Part shown: in pieces, positions 48,426-50,156 of the stretch
Numbering within the stretch: the stretch's first letter is position 1
How the letters are laid out: each line of letters opens with the position of its first letter
Assembly: GCA_045863395.1 (NCBI GenBank)
Contig: BTVJ01000053.1
Location: 1 to 50,156 of the forward strand
Origin: Myxococcales bacterium
GTDB taxonomy: Bacteria; Myxococcota_A; UBA9042; JABWCM01; BTVJ01
Direction: 5' to 3'
Length of the DNA stretch: 50,156 nt
Translations under genes and position numbers: made by a program
The notes under the pieces: model-generated
Database searches by the model: none
Told to the model about the DNA's origin: nothing
What the model saw: only the letters and a program-made list of their open reading frames with translations

Positions 48426-48757
48426 GGGCGTCGCCGCGGTCTCGCCTGGTCCAGCGGGCTCGTGCGTCGTGCGACGAGCGTCGCCCTCTCGGGGGGCGTC
48501 GCGAAGACCGTTGGTGCGCGCCGCCCCGACCCTACAGGCGGCAGAGGATACGGAACCCGGTCCCGGGCGGTCAACCGGGCGCTCCCCTGGTGCTTGTGCG
48601 GGGGACAGATCCGATGATACGGTACGTCGTTACTGCTCTGGGGCAGGCGTTCGCCCTTCCGTTCGCTGCGGTCGGGCAGCCTCTGCACCGCGGCCCCCGG
48701 GGACCGGGGCTCCAGGCCGGCGCCGAGTGCGCCACCGCTCACGACGACAGAGGAAGA

Positions 48758-50156
48758 ATGCGGTTTTCGTGTCCTCACTGCAGTACGCAGTATCGTGTCC
48801 CGCCGGAGAAGCTCGCCGATCGGATCCTGCGCATCCGCTGCAAGGTGTGCGGCAACGTGCTGGCCGTGCGTGACCCGAACCTGCGCGACCCGGCGGACCG
48901 ATCCGAGCCAGCGGACCGGTCCGAGCCAGCACCGCCGCCAGAGCTCACCACGAAGGCGCCACGTCCGGCCCCTCGGCGTGAGGCGCCCGAGTCCCGGGTT
49001 GCCCGCCCGGCAGCCGGGCGGCCGGCGCCAACCGTGCGCCAGAGCCGCGTGCACGAGAACTGGTTCATCGTTCGTGACGGCGAGAAGGTAGGCCCCATGC
49101 CCTTCGCCGAGATCCGGCGCATGGTGGCCGACGGGGAGCTCGTCGCCCGAAGCTACGTGTGGTGCCCCCGTTTCGAGAGCTGGAAGCACGTCGATGAGGT
49201 CGATGACCTCAAGGCTGCGATCCCTGGTCCGCTTCCTCGGCGCCCGCTGGTAGCGCCCCTCGCCGGTGCACGGGCGAGCCAGCGCCCGAACACGCTGGTG
49301 ATGCAGCGAGCGGGCAGCGCGCCCGGAGCCGAGGGGGCGCCGCGGCGACCCACGATTCCGCTCCCCGTCCCGGAGGACCTGGCCAAGCGGGCGAAGGAGG
49401 TCATGGACGAGTCCGAGGAGGCTGGCTTCGGGGAGGAGTCCGAGCCTACGCTCGTCTCCGAGCTCAAGCCGCTGCCCGAGTCGGGCCCCGTGCGCCTGGA
49501 GCGGCCGGCCGAGCGGCGCGCTCCCCTGGCCCGCGGTGGGCGCCCCATGTCCGGCATCACGGGGGCCGAGCCCCGGCCGGTCATGTTCCGCGTGGCCGAC
49601 ATGGGCGACGCCCCCCCCCACACAGCGGCGGAGACCCCCGTCGAGGAGAGCGACCTCGACCTCGGGGAGCTGGAGCTGGACCTGTCCGATGACGTCGCCG
49701 GTCCTGCAACGCGCGTCGACGTGGAGACCCTGCGCGCGCTCCGCGAGGAGCTGGCCCAGAAGGAGGCCGCCGCAGCCCATGACGAGGGTGCCGGGACCCT
49801 GGAGGACCTGGAGCGCCAGCTCGCGGCGCTCGCAAACGAAGAGGGCGTGGCCGTCGACCAGCAGGAGGCGCTTCCGGAGCTGAGCTCCGAGGACGACTTC
49901 CTCTCCAGGCTCGCGGCCGAGCACGCGCCTGGTGAGGCGATCGACTCTGGCGAGGCAGCGGACGCGGGCGCCAACGTCGAGGCTCCGCGCACGGACCACC
50001 TCGCACCGACGCTCGAGCTCGAAGAGGCTGCCCACGAGGCGCCCACGCTCGACCTGGAAGAGGCCGCGCACGAGGCGCCCACGCTCGAGCTCGAAGAGGC
50101 CGCCCACGAGGCGCCCACGCTCGACCTGGAAGAGGCCGCGCACGAGGCGCCCACGC
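48758..50156 (+). CDS. Zinc-ribbon + GYF_2 domain protein (AgmX/GltJ-like N-terminus), 3' end outside window
   Basis: Not in the ORF track because it has no stop in the window. Manual translation from ATG 48758 gives MRFSCPHCSTQY...IRCKVCG, then WFIVRDGEKVGPM...YVWCPRFESWK, then an acidic low-complexity region. Confidence 0.85.
   Translation, partial: MRFSCPHCSTQYRVPPEKLADRILRIRCKVCGNVLAVRDPNLRDPADRSEPADRSEPAPPPELTTKAPRPAPRREAPESRVARPAAGRPAPTVRQSRVHENWFIVRDGEKVGPMPFAEIRRMVADGELVARSYVWCPRFESWKHVDEVDDLKAAIPGPLPRRPLVAPLAGARASQRPNTLVMQRAGSAPGAEGAPRRPTIPLPVPEDLAKRAKEVMDESEEAGFGEESEPTLVSELKPLPESGPVRLERPAERRAPLARGGRPMSGITGAEPRPVMFRVADMGDAPPHTAAETPVEESDLDLGELELDLSDDVAGPATRVDVETLRALREELAQKEAAAAHDEGAGTLEDLERQLAALANEEGVAVDQQEALPELSSEDDFLSRLAAEHAPGEAIDSGEAADAGANVEAPRTDHLAPTLELEEAAHEAPTLDLEEAAHEAPTLELEEAAHEAPTLDLEEAAHEAPT
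50006..50156 (+). repeat. Coding 36-nt tandem repeat (PTL[E/D]LEEAAHEA), alternating A/B units
   Basis: Units at 50006, 50042, 50078 and 50114 plus a partial copy at the window end, in frame with the 48758 ORF. Confidence 0.92.

Noticed and set aside
48056..50154. Long minus-strand ORFs at the right end
   Set aside because: Antisense to the plus-strand zinc-ribbon/GYF_2 gene, which has clear domain motifs.
50006..50156. 36-nt repeats as a CRISPR or guide-RNA array
   Set aside because: The units are contiguous with no spacers, are in frame with a protein, and differ mainly at third codon positions.

Overview
High-GC (roughly 70% by eye) bacterial DNA, most consistent with a Myxococcota/deltaproteobacterium; this is inferred from the Cys-rich lipoproteins, bactofilin, FHA-bEBP and zinc-ribbon/GYF_2 proteins. 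From left to right: a broken nucleotidyltransferase TA-like pair with three REP-like repeats; a translationally coupled alternative chaperone module (TPR-like protein, PPD-type J-domain, GrpE, Hsp70, zinc-ribbon protein); an M16 peptidase pair with HEAT-repeat and LEA-like lipoprotein genes; bactofilin; alpha/beta hydrolase, deoxynucleoside kinase and pckA; a PAS hybrid kinase with an HD-GYP regulator; a TPR/DUF3857/transglutaminase protein; a Cys-rich lipoprotein; acyl-CoA dehydrogenase and an rpoH-like sigma factor. An ~8 kb accessory, defence-like island follows (~28.6-37.0 kb). It holds a nucleotidyltransferase remnant, an internally deleted MmeI-like gene, a C5 DNA methyltransferase, a MORC/GHKL-ATPase-histidine kinase fusion with an atypical receiver protein, and a small helical protein preceded by an AT-rich 21-nt-periodic tract. 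After the island come DUF1844, clpB, further Cys-rich lipoproteins, a degenerate FHA-bEBP, cysK-cysE, and a zinc-ribbon/GYF_2 protein that runs off the window in 36-nt repeats. No rRNA, tRNA, CRISPR array, integrase or transposase was recognised. All calls come from reading motifs by eye; no database search was run.
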